A stretch of DNA of 49,687 bases from Chlorokybus atmophyticus (GCA_009103225.1 RHPI01001921.1:1-49687), one strand, 5' to 3'. Counted from the stretch's first letter, positions 13,301 through 25,206 are shown. Translations and numbers: made by a program. Notes: generated by a model from the letters alone, not told the origin.

Positions 13301-14291
13301 CGCTTGCCAGCAAGGTTAGGCATTGCGCGAAACTGCGCAACAAGGTCCCCATACCCTGAACCGGGAGAGACGTCCATGGACAGTGCACCTTAAGTCTGCG
13401 CACTGATCCTTCAGCGTGTTGCCTGTTGATGACAAAGGGTGAGGCAACCAACCTTGTCTGCAAAGGCGAACAAGTAGATGGTAGAATAGATGGACAGACC
13501 TGGATCTGAAGCATACAACACGTAGATATATGGGGCGCCACTTGTATACTTGGGGTGCAAGGCCATGCCCAAAAATCCACGATCTTGTTGGTAGTCCACA
13601 TTAATGCTAAAATCTAAGAGAACTTTGCCAACAGTATCATCATTGATGCTGCTAAACCGCTTCACCCGACCCTGCAAGATGACACGAAGGGTCACTGAGC
13701 ATGCAGTTAGTGCCAGTGCAACAGTCCTAGTCCTTGACACACATGCGTTGCCGAGTACCAAAGGCTTTAAACCCGGTCCACCCGGACTTGACTAGCAATT
13801 GTGCTGAACACCAAACCCAAAAGCATTCCTCCCACACAACGGTTCTAGTACAGCCACTTACCAACACAGACGTTTCTTGCAAACCGTCACAAGCAGCATG
13901 CGCACAGCACCAGCACATTGAGAGCCAAGCATTTGCAAGAAACAGCTGCACATAGTATCAAGCAACGCAGCTACAAAGCTGCAGCATCATTATCGAACGT
14001 TCTTGGCCATAAGCGCCTAGAAGAGGCAACTGAGGTGCGCTATAGGAGGACACTGCATGGTCTGCATATAACATTCAGGCAAAAAGTCCTGCTGCACTGT
14101 ACCTGCTTCTCAGCAACAAACACGGTGCCGTCGTCGGCAAACTTGATGTCGACCGGCGCATTCAGCTGCTGGAAGGGCAGAGCGACGAGGGCGAAGTTGG
14201 GCTGGCGAGGCACGGCGGTAATCGGCTGCTGCGCGCAAACAACGGTCACCAGCTGCACAAGGGCGGTGACCGCGAGCTGCCACCTCGCCAT
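10393..14291 (-). CDS. Secreted PQQ-dependent glucose/sorbosone dehydrogenase-like beta-propeller with a PKD domain and probable C-terminal GPI signal; multi-exon
   Basis: Signal peptide MARWQLAVTALVQLVTVVCA. GSDH motifs DRGFLGMALHP, ALYVSAGEG, DGTILRIDPETGDGLPGN, AFGLRNPYR, LWIGDVGW..YEEID, NYGWPCYEG, LVFGDYS. PKD domain PIAVITATP...LTYDWDLDGDGNFGDST. Then YWSDGGA, a Pro-rich linker and a hydrophobic C-terminus LVVVAAFIVAYAFCGLL*. Confidence 0.88.
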
Positions 14292-15513
14292 GGCCTGTAC
14301 CGCAGCAATGGGCCGCCTAGAGCGCCGCTAGCTGGCGCCGCCGCCTCACCGCCCACGGCCCACCTCCCCGCGCAGTACCTGTGCGCTCACCAACCGAGCG
14401 TAGGTGGCCAACCACGTCAACCCAGCCACACCGAACACTGCGACCGCCCTTATCCTCCGCCGCCGCCGCCGCCGCCGCTGCGACCACCACGGCCACTACA
14501 CTGTACCGTGTGCGCTACGCGTCGTAATGCTTCCCTGCGGCTGCGGTCCGTTACGTGCACACGCGGCGGCTGCTCCCGCCTCCTCTCAAAAACACAGGCT
14601 GCACACGGCATGGATTGTGCGATTCATGACATCAACAGCTTGTCGGCTATGATGAGGCCCAAAAGGCCCCGCTCGCTTTTCGAGACTAGTCCTGTAGATT
14701 ACGGCGAGCTACATACCATTGCAGGATTCGGAACACGCTCAAACGTGCGTCACTGGTACACCACCAATGGGCAAAATTTGGCACGTACCAGTGACAGCGA
14801 GGCCTCATGACGTCGGCATGATTGCGCATTGTGTGCTGCTATCGGTGGCAACAGCATATGCAACAGTGGCCTTAGTGCAGTTAGAGCAGTGGCCCGCTGC
14901 TGCAGTGTACCGCGTGGCCTGCCGTTAGCAGTGTGTTGGGGACTGTGTAGGCCGGCAGTGTGTCGCGATCTTCTAGATGCGAGTCGCCGGCTATGAGTTG
15001 GGCGTTGCAATGTCCCATTGGTCACATGTGATGAGCTGCTGTGAGTGTCAGTCGCCGATGGCGCTTACTTGGTATGGTACTCGAGAAGTAACCTAAGGCA
15101 TCTGTCTGTCTGCACTTATTAGGATCTCTCCCACCTAGTTCATTTCGGTGTAACTGCTGAGACACGCACCACCTGCCAGCTCAGGCTCGCACAGTGTACC
15201 CGTTGTGGTGTGTCTGATGCCTACAATTGTGCTGGTAGGCTATCATCCTTGCATACAATATCGACGATACCGTGGTGTACGGGGCTGTGCGCCACAGTCC
15301 GTATCACGTGCCACGGTGGCACGTTGATGGTGACACGTGACGACGAAACACTTGTATCATAAGCATTGCATTTAGGTTAGCTTAGGCATTTAGGTTAGCT
15401 TGGGACATTACGAAACCTGGGATTGCGTTTGATGGCGGCAGCTTATCCAACGCCATGGACCTTAACTGACGTCTTAATGATGGTGACAACCTATAGGCCT
15501 ACAGTCAATTTAC

Positions 15514-15536
15514 CCCTAACCCTAACCCTAACCCTA
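15514..15536. repeat. Interstitial telomeric tract (CCCTAA)x3.8
   Basis: CCCTAACCCTAACCCTAACCCTA, same orientation as the terminal array. Confidence 0.85.
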
Positions 15537-15994
15537 CTTCTATGAAATGTGGGTAGTTACATGGTACATGGTCTACATAATGTAACTTGTGTTGCCAGCG
15601 AACAAAGCAGAGGTGATGCTCACCGCAAGCTAATGGTGGTTGACTGCCACATGGTTTACCCGATCAACTCTACCGGGACTCTTAACCACGCCACGGCCGA
15701 ACGAAAATAAGCCGCGGTCACTGATCGGGTCGGCTGCAAACGTTGCTTGCTTTTTGACCGTTACGTTACCCTAGACAGATCGAGGCCGTGCAAGAAACAT
15801 CTCTTTATGACCAATCCTATTTATCTTATGATAAATCGACATTGAGCACAGCCATGCGCATCATGTGCATTTGGATCAACACGGATCTTTTATGGAGTGT
15901 ATAACATGGTATCATATGTGACACAATAGTACTTTGTACTCCATCCATTGATGCTTTCAGCATGAGGACAACATATGTACATATGATAATTTGA

Positions 15995-16105
15995 TTACAT
16001 AAATATGCATAAATACATATATGTATGTACATATGTGCAGATATGCATGTATACATCTTTATATACATGTATACATGTATATCAGTACATACATGTATAT
16101 ATGTT
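15995..16105. repeat. AT-rich low-complexity TACA/TATG microsatellite-like tract
   Basis: Repeated tacata/tatgta/atacatgtat units. Confidence 0.6.
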
Positions 16106-16430
16106 TCGATGATGACCCTTGGCATACACTTCTCCATCGCACTTTTTGTGCGCTCCAACCTACTTCAGGATTACTCAAACTAGCTTAGCATTGTCGGACA
16201 GCGTGACAAGACCTCTCGATGCACTGGCAGTTGCGGGCATGGCTTAATTAGAAGCAAGGCTTATGGCGGCGGCCGACATTGATGGCCTTAGCCAAACTCC
16301 GTCGCAAAATGTTTCTCCTGCCGGCCGATTTAATATTAGCAACGGCCGTGCAGCTGAAGATATGAGTCTTAACTGTCGTGGCTCAGTCCACCACTGTAAT
16401 CTCGATACAGGGATCTGAGTACAACTTCTG

Positions 16431-16800
16431 TTAACATCAGGCCCTTTCCGTCACAATTTAATCTTTAACAATTGACTATGCGTAATTAACAGGCCCCTGT
16501 TCGTCACTTATTAGGCCTTAACAGGTGACCATGCCTACTTAACTGGCACTTGTTAGTTACTTACCAGGCCTTAACATGTGACTATAAACAATTAACGGGC
16601 ACTTGTAAGTTGCACATCAGACCTTGACAGGTGACTATACCTAATTAACAAGCACCTGTAAATTACACATCAGTCTTACTTGGGTGACTCAGCCTATGTA
16701 ACAGGCACCTGCAGGTTACACACCAATCAAGCGCAGGCGAATGAGCATAATTCACAAGCACCAACTAGGAAGTTATCGACCAGATAAGGCATTCTTCAAG
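16431..16800. repeat. Degenerate 53-bp tandem array, about 7 units
   Basis: Unit starts (ttaac or variant) at 16486, 16539, 16592, 16645, 16698 and 16751, an exact 53-bp spacing. Approximate consensus ttaacaggcacttgtaagttacacatcaggccttaacaggtgactatgcctaa. Confidence 0.85.
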
Positions 16801-17316
16801 CAACCGAAGGTGACTGAGGCCAAACTATTGTTATATGTATTTACATAGCATGACTACACGCGACTGACTGCCAGCATCGTTATGTGCATGTGCTGTGTAC
16901 AGGTACCTGAAATGTGTACAGTGTCTCTCAGTCACTTGCCAAGGCTTGTAGTTCGATTATGTGACTCGAATGCCAGCAATTCTGTTGTATATCATAGGGA
17001 TGCAAGTTTTGACATGCATGAGCATAATGACGCTTGATTGAGCTGGTTTAAGATGCACAACACTAAGTCACAAGAGCCTTGCAGCTGTGTACACTACCAG
17101 CTAAACGGACTACCAACTGCGCTACAGCTCCTCTCCATCATCGCCTTGCTCGTCATCATGGAACAAAGCACAACGTGCTGGGGTCTATAGAGGAGACGCC
17201 GGAGGTTGCTCTTCCTCCTTCTCAAACGGTTGCGCCAGCCAATCAAATGCCGCATTTGCCTCAGCGAGCGGGTCACGAGCAGACGTCTCTCGCGGCCGGC
17301 GCCGATTGGGACCTTC

Positions 17317-18250
17317 CTAATATGTGACACAAGATGCAGTATGGCGTTTCACAAGGGTGAATGGCTTGAGGGCTGCGTACCGTTGCCTCATCTCTCGCTT
17401 CATTGACATGATGATGATGTTGATTTCGCTGAGGTACTCTGCATGTGTGTCGATGCTGGCAGCTATGAGAGGGTCTCCATCCTTGCCCTTTGAGATGCGC
17501 TCCACATGCGTAGTTTACAGGCATGTTATAGTGGCATTGAAAGCCACTATTCACTGCAGCGCGTCTGCAAGCCTATAGTTTGGGGCTACAACATTCCCGA
17601 ATTGCTAGTGATTGAGCTCACCATAAGCAACAGGTATGCGAGGTGGTTGACTGTCAGCTGCCGGCGACCAGGTGTAGTAACGGCGTAAGACCAGCATTGC
17701 ACGATCATTTGCCAGATTATGCGATTGCCCCATTCATGGATGTATCTCCTCTGCTCCGGGTCTGCATTATTGGTCACCTCAAATTTTCGTGATGACTTAT
17801 CTGCGAGAGTCATACCAACAAGGCATTAGTCACGATATGGACAGTTCAAGTTGAGCCAGCACTAGGCTAGAATAGTGCATGTGATTTACTTTGGAGCGCG
17901 TTGCGCATCTGCGCTTTTTGGGACTCGGGGTTCATTAGGGCGTCGATGTGCCTGATTGAATCGGTTACAATAGGCGAGATGCGTACGTGTGTATGGAGGC
18001 TGAGTAAGAAGGCAGTGTTGCATAGCAGACATGGTGGTGAGGGACCCAACTCACTTGCGTTTGTTGCTGTTGAATAGTGTCCACTTATACTCCTTCTCAA
18101 GGACATGCTTGATCTTGGTGCATTCTCACACCGGACCTGCGTAGCTTTCTTCAAGGCGACACTCTAGTGGAAGGGGCACTCCTTGAGCGTCCAGTACACC
18201 TCATAGATATTGGCCGCATTGGCCTCGTCGTCATGGTCGAAGTTAACTAC
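17317..18250 (-). pseudogene. Probable remnant exons of an unidentified spliced gene
   Basis: Protein-like segments near splice-like sites: VVNFDHDDEANAANIYEVYWTLKECPFH*SVALKKATQ, DKSSRKFEVTNNADPEQRRYIHEWG, ERISKGKDGDPLIAASIDTHAEYL. No family recognised. Confidence 0.3.
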
Positions 18251-18329
18251 CTGTCACGGGCAGGTTGGTTAGTGTCACGGTGCAGTGAGGTCATGAAGCA
18301 TTCACACACTGGTAATTCTGAGCCCCCCC

Positions 18330-18930
18330 GATTCCTGAATTTTCAGACTGTTTGGTCTGAATAGTCAACAAAAACAGAGTGAATAGCCTAGAATACGGCG
18401 TCCCTGGCTCCTGCATGTCGAGGTGAATATTCAGACCGTTTGGTCTGAAAGGTGTTAAAGCCTGTTCAATGTAATTGTCGGTGAATATCCCTGTGGCAAT
18501 TAGATTGCACACTAGTCCTATATGTGGGGCATTTATTCACTTGCAGTGGAGCTGTACATTCAACCTGTATGGTGTAGTGCTGTAACCAACACATGTATTA
18601 CACCACTGAATATTCAAGCAGGAATCGTTTGAATACTTGTAGTTAGGCAAGACAGACTCTTGCAAAAGCGTTGAACATTCACAGGCAGGATTCGTTTCAA
18701 TACCTGTAGTATTCCATATGGCAGCTGCAACAGACTTGAATATGCACGCAGGGATTGTTTGAACACTTATAGTCACCCAAAACTTTCACTTGCAGTAGAG
18801 TTGAATATTCACCCTGTATGGTGTGGTGCTGCAACTGTACTACACCACTGAATATGCACGCATGTATTGTTTAATTACTCATAGTAATCTAGTCTGCACA
18901 TTAAGTCCTACATGTGAGTAGTTATTCAAT
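18330..18930. repeat. Degenerate repeat field resembling a CACTA subterminal region
   Basis: Two palindromes TTCAGAC-N6-GTCTGAA (18342-18361, 18430-18449), many gaatattca-like motifs, and a roughly 250-bp direct duplication (18536 vs 18785). It lies just downstream of the TnpA-like gene. Confidence 0.55.
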
Positions 18931-19181
18931 GGCAATGAAGTTGAACAATGGTAAGCTGCTGTTTTACGACCGTCAATGTTACTATGAATGTTCAAGTGAT
19001 TTCGAGTAGAACAAGACCCATATATGCAGTGCTACTGATAATATTCACAGCAGTCCGTCCAGCCAGCCCAGCAATGTCAGCTGAATGGCAGCCGACTTAC
19101 AACAACACATTCAATGCTGACTACAATGTATGTCTGCTACCCAGAGCTGCACTTGCAAGTGGAAATCTCCTGCGGCAATAT

Positions 19182-21908
19182 CTACTTCCTGCTGCTTCGC
19201 CCCCGACCACCCCGACTCCCCTTCCCACGGCCTCTCCCCCGCGGTGTGGATGTGCCTTCCTTTGTTGGCAGCTCCCTCACCTTGATGGTCTTCATCAACC
19301 TAGTAGGCCAAAGTAGCAACAACCCCGCCTCGCACTCTTCACATGCATCAACCACACATGAATACGTCAGACGCAGTGTGTTGTCATAACGCACGCACAG
19401 TCAGCACGCAATCATCGTTCACCTCTCAAGTGGGTCACTTGCACTCCAACCCCATCACGCTTGAAGCTGATTGGCTAAGGCACAACCTCTTCTTCCCCTG
19501 CACCAGGACGTCTGGTCCTAGTGATGTGAAGACTGCGGCTGAACTGGACCACCATGTTACCCTCTCCAATCTTCTTGCCATAAAACTTGTTGACGGGCTT
19601 GATGTCGCTTACGTGCGCCTCCCCTACTGGCTCCTTGCGCCCATCGATAAACAACTTGACTTCATCACCAACCTTCATCGTCGGTGCAGTGTCATCCTTG
19701 TCGCTTAGGTCTTCCTGCGCATGCAAGTGACAAACACATCAACTGGCAGACACATACACAAATGCACTCTCCTATATAGCGCTTGCAAACAAACCTGCCT
19801 TTTGGGAGTCGTTGTCACTGTCGTCGGGGCTGTTCGCATCGTCCTTGGCGCCATCTTCATCGTTGTCCTCGCTTTTGTCTGTCTCAGATACTTCTGAATA
19901 CGATGGCTCATCCTGTGCAACCAGGTGGCACGCCGTGTTATCAAGCTTATAATTGATAGGCATGCATGCGAGTCTGCTGCAGTGACAGTTTTTCCGCAAC
20001 CAGAAGGACCCAAGAAGCCTATAAGCGCACATAGATGGTCCTTCATACCTCTTTTTGCTTGCCCCTCTTTTGATCCAACATCTTCTCCTGCTTGCCAGTC
20101 GAGGGGCCTGCCTCCTTAGACTTGTAGGGAGCCGGAATTGAGCGAACAGTCTTTGCTTTCTTTTGGGGGCTTAACACCTCAGTCTTCTGCCAACAGCATA
20201 CACATCAGATTGTGAGCCACAACGTAATGCTATGCCATTTGTTGTGAAGCAGAGTGGTGCGTACATCACCGGACACTTTGCGCTTCCCTTGCCCTCTGCC
20301 TTCCTTTTCTTTCATGAGCTCCATGACATTCGCGGCGTCCTGTGTCTACATGTGGTGCGATTTCGGTTGCAAAAACTGATATGCTTGTTAGATACTTGCT
20401 CCAGTCGTTGTTGCATACCTTGAGAGCTGAGCTGGTATCACGCACTTCAGCATCCTGTTTGGCAGGTGCCTGAACACAACAGTCATGAACGGTCATGATG
20501 ACATGTACAGGAGAGTACAAGCATTTGGCTGCTCGTGTAATGATGACAGACATCTAAATTGTGAACCAGTAGCAGGTGACCTTGTGGGTTGTGGCGCAGT
20601 GCCTTCCTTGTTACCTATCGCACGCACAAGGCACCGATCAGAACAGTGTATACACAGTACCTCCCGCAGCGACCCGCGCGCGCAAAACATGGCTCACGCT
20701 GCGAGGTGACATTTCGGTCGTCGCTGGCGTTGCTGGCGGGAGGTGAACGCGTGGGCGCCGTGCATGCACAAGGGACTATCATACACACCTCACACCCTGC
20801 ATACATAAGGCACCATCAAACACAAAGTGTTTCGTTCTCAACATAGTCATTTACCAAACCGTAGCTCACCCTGTGAGGTGGCATTCTTGGCGTCGCTGGC
20901 AGAGTGGTGCAGCGAGGAGCTGTCTCTTGCCTTTGACTTGTCTTTGACCTGCAATTATGCACATGGCAAAGGCACTTAAGACATGCAAACATTGCACAGA
21001 CAACTCAGTCACTGCATGGCACACACCTTGTTGTTCTTGTCCCTGGGCGCTCCCTTGCGCTTTCGCTCAAACCCCCCTGCTTCAGCGCGCTCTATCATCT
21101 CCTTGTAACGTTCCCTACTCTTCTGTCTCTGCCTTTCTTTGTGCTTGGCGTTGGTATATGCCTTTTTGTTGGTAAGAAAGTCCTGAATTATCGTTTTTGC
21201 CTGCACCAGGCCCAGAGTGGTGACTGCCACCGAATGCAAAATCCTTCAAGCTTGAACTATGCTGCTCGACAGCTGGTGACACTCTGACAACCTTGCCAAC
21301 CTTTTCAGGACGGAACTCTGGATGAAGCAGATGCCAGCATGTAACTGCAAGAGCAAACTTAAGTGGGTCCTGCTTCGTCTGGGTCTTCCCCGGTAGCAAA
21401 CGACAGTACTCATAGCAAATCCGGCCCTTGTCCGCCAGCTTTGTGATATCGCGGCGATCACTGGTATGATGCTGACCACGCCAATGAAGGACCTTCAGTG
21501 CCTGCACAGTGCAAATATTGCATACTAGAGCGCTGTTACAACAATATTAATAGTGTGAGTTGCTGGTGCAAACCTCAAAAATCGAGACAGACTCCGGCAG
21601 CACATGCTCATATCGACAGTGGTTGCTTGCACATCATTGTAAGCTCACTTTCAAGGGCATCATTGCTGTGGTCTCAAGGTCGCGGAGGTGAGCCGTCTCC
21701 TCAGATTTTTCCCACTCACGCTGGAGCTGCTCATCTGATGGTGCACCAGCACTTTTGCCCCAGATCTCATCGTCCAAGTTTTCCCAGCCTCCACTCAGGT
21801 CGCTAGACCGCCCACCAAACGTCGTGCCNCAGACGTCGTCTCATCGTCCAAGCTTTCCCAGCCTCCACTCAGGTCGCTAGACCGCCCACCAGACGTTGTG
21901 CCTGACAT
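19182..21908 (-). CDS. CACTA/En-Spm TnpA-like (Tnp1/Transposase_23-like) multi-exon gene, probably disabled
   Basis: Basic and acidic exons lead to KVGDEVKLFIDGRKEPVGEAHVSDIKPVNKFYGKKIGEGNMVVQF...VVP*P...LLLLWPTRLMK, which resembles the C-terminal beta domain of CACTA ORF2 proteins. Probable ATG at 21908. In-frame TAG at 19475-19477. Family assignment is by recall, not by search. Confidence 0.55.
21766..21902. repeat. Two copies of a roughly 74-bp unit flanking an N at 21829 (possible assembly gap or collapsed coding repeat)
   Basis: ctcatcgtccaag...gaccgcccacca at 21766 and 21840. On the minus strand it encodes GTT(S/F)GGRSSDLSGGWE(S/N)LDDE. Confidence 0.8.
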
Positions 21909-22600
21909 GACCACTGCTCCACCTGTGTATTGAGTAGGTCAAACTAGTAGGTCAAACTGCTTGTCAAGCTGTGCACAACCGCAACACTGTTCAACCAGAA
22001 ACCTCAGTTAACTGCCTCAGTTGACTGCAGCTGCTTGGCCATGTGCATGTGCTTCACACATCAAGCAAACCGTACTTTACCTTGCCGAAGCACGTCGTTC
22101 AGCTCCCTGCCAGCTGCTAACATGACTTAGTCCAGCTGAACAGCAAGCTAGCAGGCAAATGCCAGTGCATGCACAAACCTTGCCTGCATGTCTACAAGAA
22201 AGCTGTGCTTTATGGTCATGAGGAATTGAGCATGAAACCGATAGCAGCACAGTGAGACAGACAAGTGTGCCGCTAGCAGCCGCTCACCTACCGCCGTCGT
22301 CGCCGCCGCCAACACCACGAGCAACAAGCACTGCGTAGGGTACTGCCGTGCGTATGGAATCGATTGTGCATTCTGCTCGACACGTCAACAAATGTGCTTA
22401 TCGGACATCAGTCACGACTCACGACTCTGTCTCCGACCTACCATAATAAATGCCGCCTGTCACAAGCACAAAGATGACAATGAATAATGTTGCATTCGTG
22501 TACTATAGTGTACCAAATTGCTTATGTACTATAGTATACCAAATTGCGATAATAAAGAATAAATAACTCGAACATCTGTTTAGGCGGAGCTACAACCCGT

Positions 22601-22688
22601 AGTTGTCAACTACTACTGCCAGTGTGGCTCACGAATTCCACACTAATGTGGATGTTGCGAGCCCCACTGGTAGTAGTAGTTGACAACT
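22601..22688. other. 88-bp near-perfect inverted repeat (hairpin)
   Basis: AGTTGTCAACTACTACTGCCAGTG pairs with CACTGGTAGTAGTAGTTGACAACT (23/24 plus one G-T). Inner GGCTC/GAGCC and TCCACA/TGTGGA stems close a 4-nt loop, CTAA. Confidence 0.85.
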
Positions 22689-22749
22689 CACCCACAACCA
22701 TCACAACTGCAGACGCATTTACAAGAAGAATGCAACCATGCAACCTGGA

Positions 22750-24125
22750 CACCGAGGCCTTACGCACGAGGCTGCCCCAGCGTTTTGCGCCAACCAACTT
22801 GTGCAAGGGCACAGGGAAGGACACCGAGGCCTTACGCACGAGGCTGCCCCAGCACATACACCAACACATGTTGGGGAATGCAATCTGTGACGGACATCAG
22901 CAGACCATGTACACAGCCTGAGTTGTACTCCCACCATTGCATTCGTTGATGCAGTGCTGCAGACTGATCGCACACATGCATCTACACATACTTACATGCA
23001 AGGAGATATATACATGGGGCCAAGGGCTTGCTCGCCAATGTCACTGGCCAAGGTCACTGCTGAACCTGGTACATGGCTCAGACAGCACCACTATGACAGC
23101 CTGAACCTGCACAAAACTGTACACGCATTGCATGTGCACAGAGTCACTGGGCCTCGGGTAGCTGCATGGGCCAAGGTCCATCCACGATAGGTATGATCGG
23201 CCCTGCGCGCAGCACATCCCCCACAACTGATCCCGATGCAAGGCTCCAGCCAACTGGAGTCTGATTGACGGTCTCGATGGTGAGACGCACAGCAGTGTAG
23301 CCAATGACGCCAACATCGAAGGACGTGAGCAGTGGCATGGGAGCGGGCTCAGGGTCGGGCACAGGGTCGGGCGGCGCCGCCGGGCTGGTGGCTCTCTCAT
23401 GCTGCGATACATTGCACGTCACTGGACCCTTCACAACGGTTCGAATAGCAAAAGGGCCAGTGTCCTCGTAGCCATGCGTGGATACCGCCCAGTCATCAAG
23501 CTTGCACTGCTTGTATCCGTCACCGATGCTAACCTTCCCCAACCAGCGCTGCACCTTCCCCGGGCGCTTGCCCACCTGGAAAAGTTTGTCAGTCAATTCT
23601 GGACTCATGTATGGCAATGGCTGAGGCGTCTTTGAATGCGTCTTGGGACGCTTTGCCAGGCTTCCGCTCGCGGATGCTTCCATGACCTGCATGTACATGC
23701 ACGCAGGTATGACTGAGTTCACGGGCTTGCAATCGAAGGAAACTTACACACCACGACAAGCAACGACACAAGCCCAAGCCCCCACCCCCCAACCACCACA
23801 CACACACACAGACACCAGCACACGCACATATGTGAAGGCAAGCAAGTAAACCATCCAAGCAATCGCACCCAAGCGCAGGTGACCACCGCAAAACTACTGA
23901 AACTGAAAACCACACGCATAATGCAAGCATGCAACCTGGACACCGAGGCCTTACGCACGAGGCTGCCCCAGCGTTTTCCCCCAACTTGTGCAAGGGCGCA
24001 GGGAAGGTCACCGAGGCCTTACGCACAAGGCTGCCCCAGCGTTTTCCCCAAACCAACTTGTGCAAGGGCGCAGGGAAGGTCACCGAGGCCTTACGCACGA
24101 GGCTGCCCCAGCGTTTTGCCCCAAC
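22750..24125. repeat. 72-bp repeat family in two clusters (2 copies plus 3 copies)
   Basis: Core CACCGAGGCCTTACGCACGAGGCTGCCCCAGC at 22750, 22822, 23941, 24009 and 24081. Spacing is 72/68/72 and the intervening sequence is conserved. Confidence 0.9.
23144..23686 (-). CDS. Exon of an unidentified protein lying between the two 72-bp clusters
   Basis: An acceptor (tgcag) precedes 23686, followed by about 180 open codons of protein-like sequence (SPELTDKLFQVGKRPGKVQRWLGKVSIGDGYKQCKLDDW...). Confidence 0.4.
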   Translation of the reverse strand, partial: VMEASASGSLAKRPKTHSKTPQPLPYMSPELTDKLFQVGKRPGKVQRWLGKVSIGDGYKQCKLDDWAVSTHGYEDTGPFAIRTVVKGPVTCNVSQHERATSPAAPPDPVPDPEPAPMPLLTSFDVGVIGYTAVRLTIETVNQTPVGWSLASGSVVGDVLRAGPIIPIVDGPWPMQLPEAQ

Positions 24126-25206
24126 CACGAGAAGTAACAACACAAGCCCAACCCAACCACCCACACACACATGCACACACACACACACACCGGCACACGC
24201 ACAGATGTTCAGGTAAGCAAACAAACCAAGCAAGCAAGCGCTCCCAAGCGCAGGTGACCATCAGCTGCTTACCGGCGAGGGCGGCGGCACGGGACTTCCT
24301 CAACAAAGACTAGCACCGGCGGCGGCACGGGACTTCCCCACAAGAACATGGGCGCTCTATCATGGCTAGCCATGGCTATGGCGGCGTGGGTGACAGCGAC
24401 ATGATACCCATCAGGGCTACCTATCAACTCAGGCTTGTCAGACTCACCGCCACAATCAGCAGAAATTGCAGCCTATTTGCACCGAGTTGAGCAAACAGCC
24501 GTTTGGCCAGCTGTTACACCCCTCACATGCCTCTCAACTTGAGAGGCGGGTGTCAGGTAGTAGAATATCGCTCAACAAGACCGATCAGGTACGAATTAGG
24601 GTTTGGAGTTGCGGGCGGCGTGGGCGGCGGCAGTATCAGCGGCGTGGGCGGCAGCGTCGGGGGTGACTTTGCGACTGTCAATTCTCAGTCCTCTGCTGAC
24701 GCACTAGGCTTTCAGCAATGGGCTGAGACTTGACAGGGTGCCACATTATGAAACCCTCGTCCACGCCGGTTGTGTGCATGTGGGCGTCAAGGTTGTTGCA
24801 GTTGTAGTCTTGTTTTCGAAAGCGCCGCCGCCGTCTCTCTTCTCGCAGTGCTTCTTCCCTCGCCGCCACGCCCTTTGATCTGGTATTCCACCTCACTGTG
24901 TGTAAACCTTCTTGTTGTGCTGGCTTGCTCTGGTTTGTGTATGCACAAAGTTGAGATGCTTCATTGTCTGTGCATGTGTGTGTGCATATGTGTTTGTGTG
25001 TTGACCAAGTTAGTCAACGCACGGCCAGCCTCTTCTTGCCCAGTCTCTGTTGGCATGCGCCGTCGCCTTCTTCCCTCGCCGCCACGCCCTTTGATCTGGT
25101 ATTCCACCTCACTGTGTGTAAACCTTCTTGTTGTGCAGGCTTGCTCTGGTTTGTATATGTCTCTGTTGGCATGCATGCTTGTGCATATCGGCTTGGCTGC
25201 GCCACG

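Noticed and set aside
14749-14795. 11-bp inverted repeat GTCACTGGTAC/GTACCAGTGAC upstream of the GSDH gene
   Set aside because: It is short and single, with no target duplication or other support.
16431-16800. CRISPR or coding repeat
   Set aside because: There are no unique spacers, the period is not a multiple of 3, and there is no long ORF.
22750-24125. CRISPR array (32-bp conserved core with regular spacing)
   Set aside because: The intervening sequences are copies of each other rather than unique spacers, there are no cas genes, and the context is eukaryotic.
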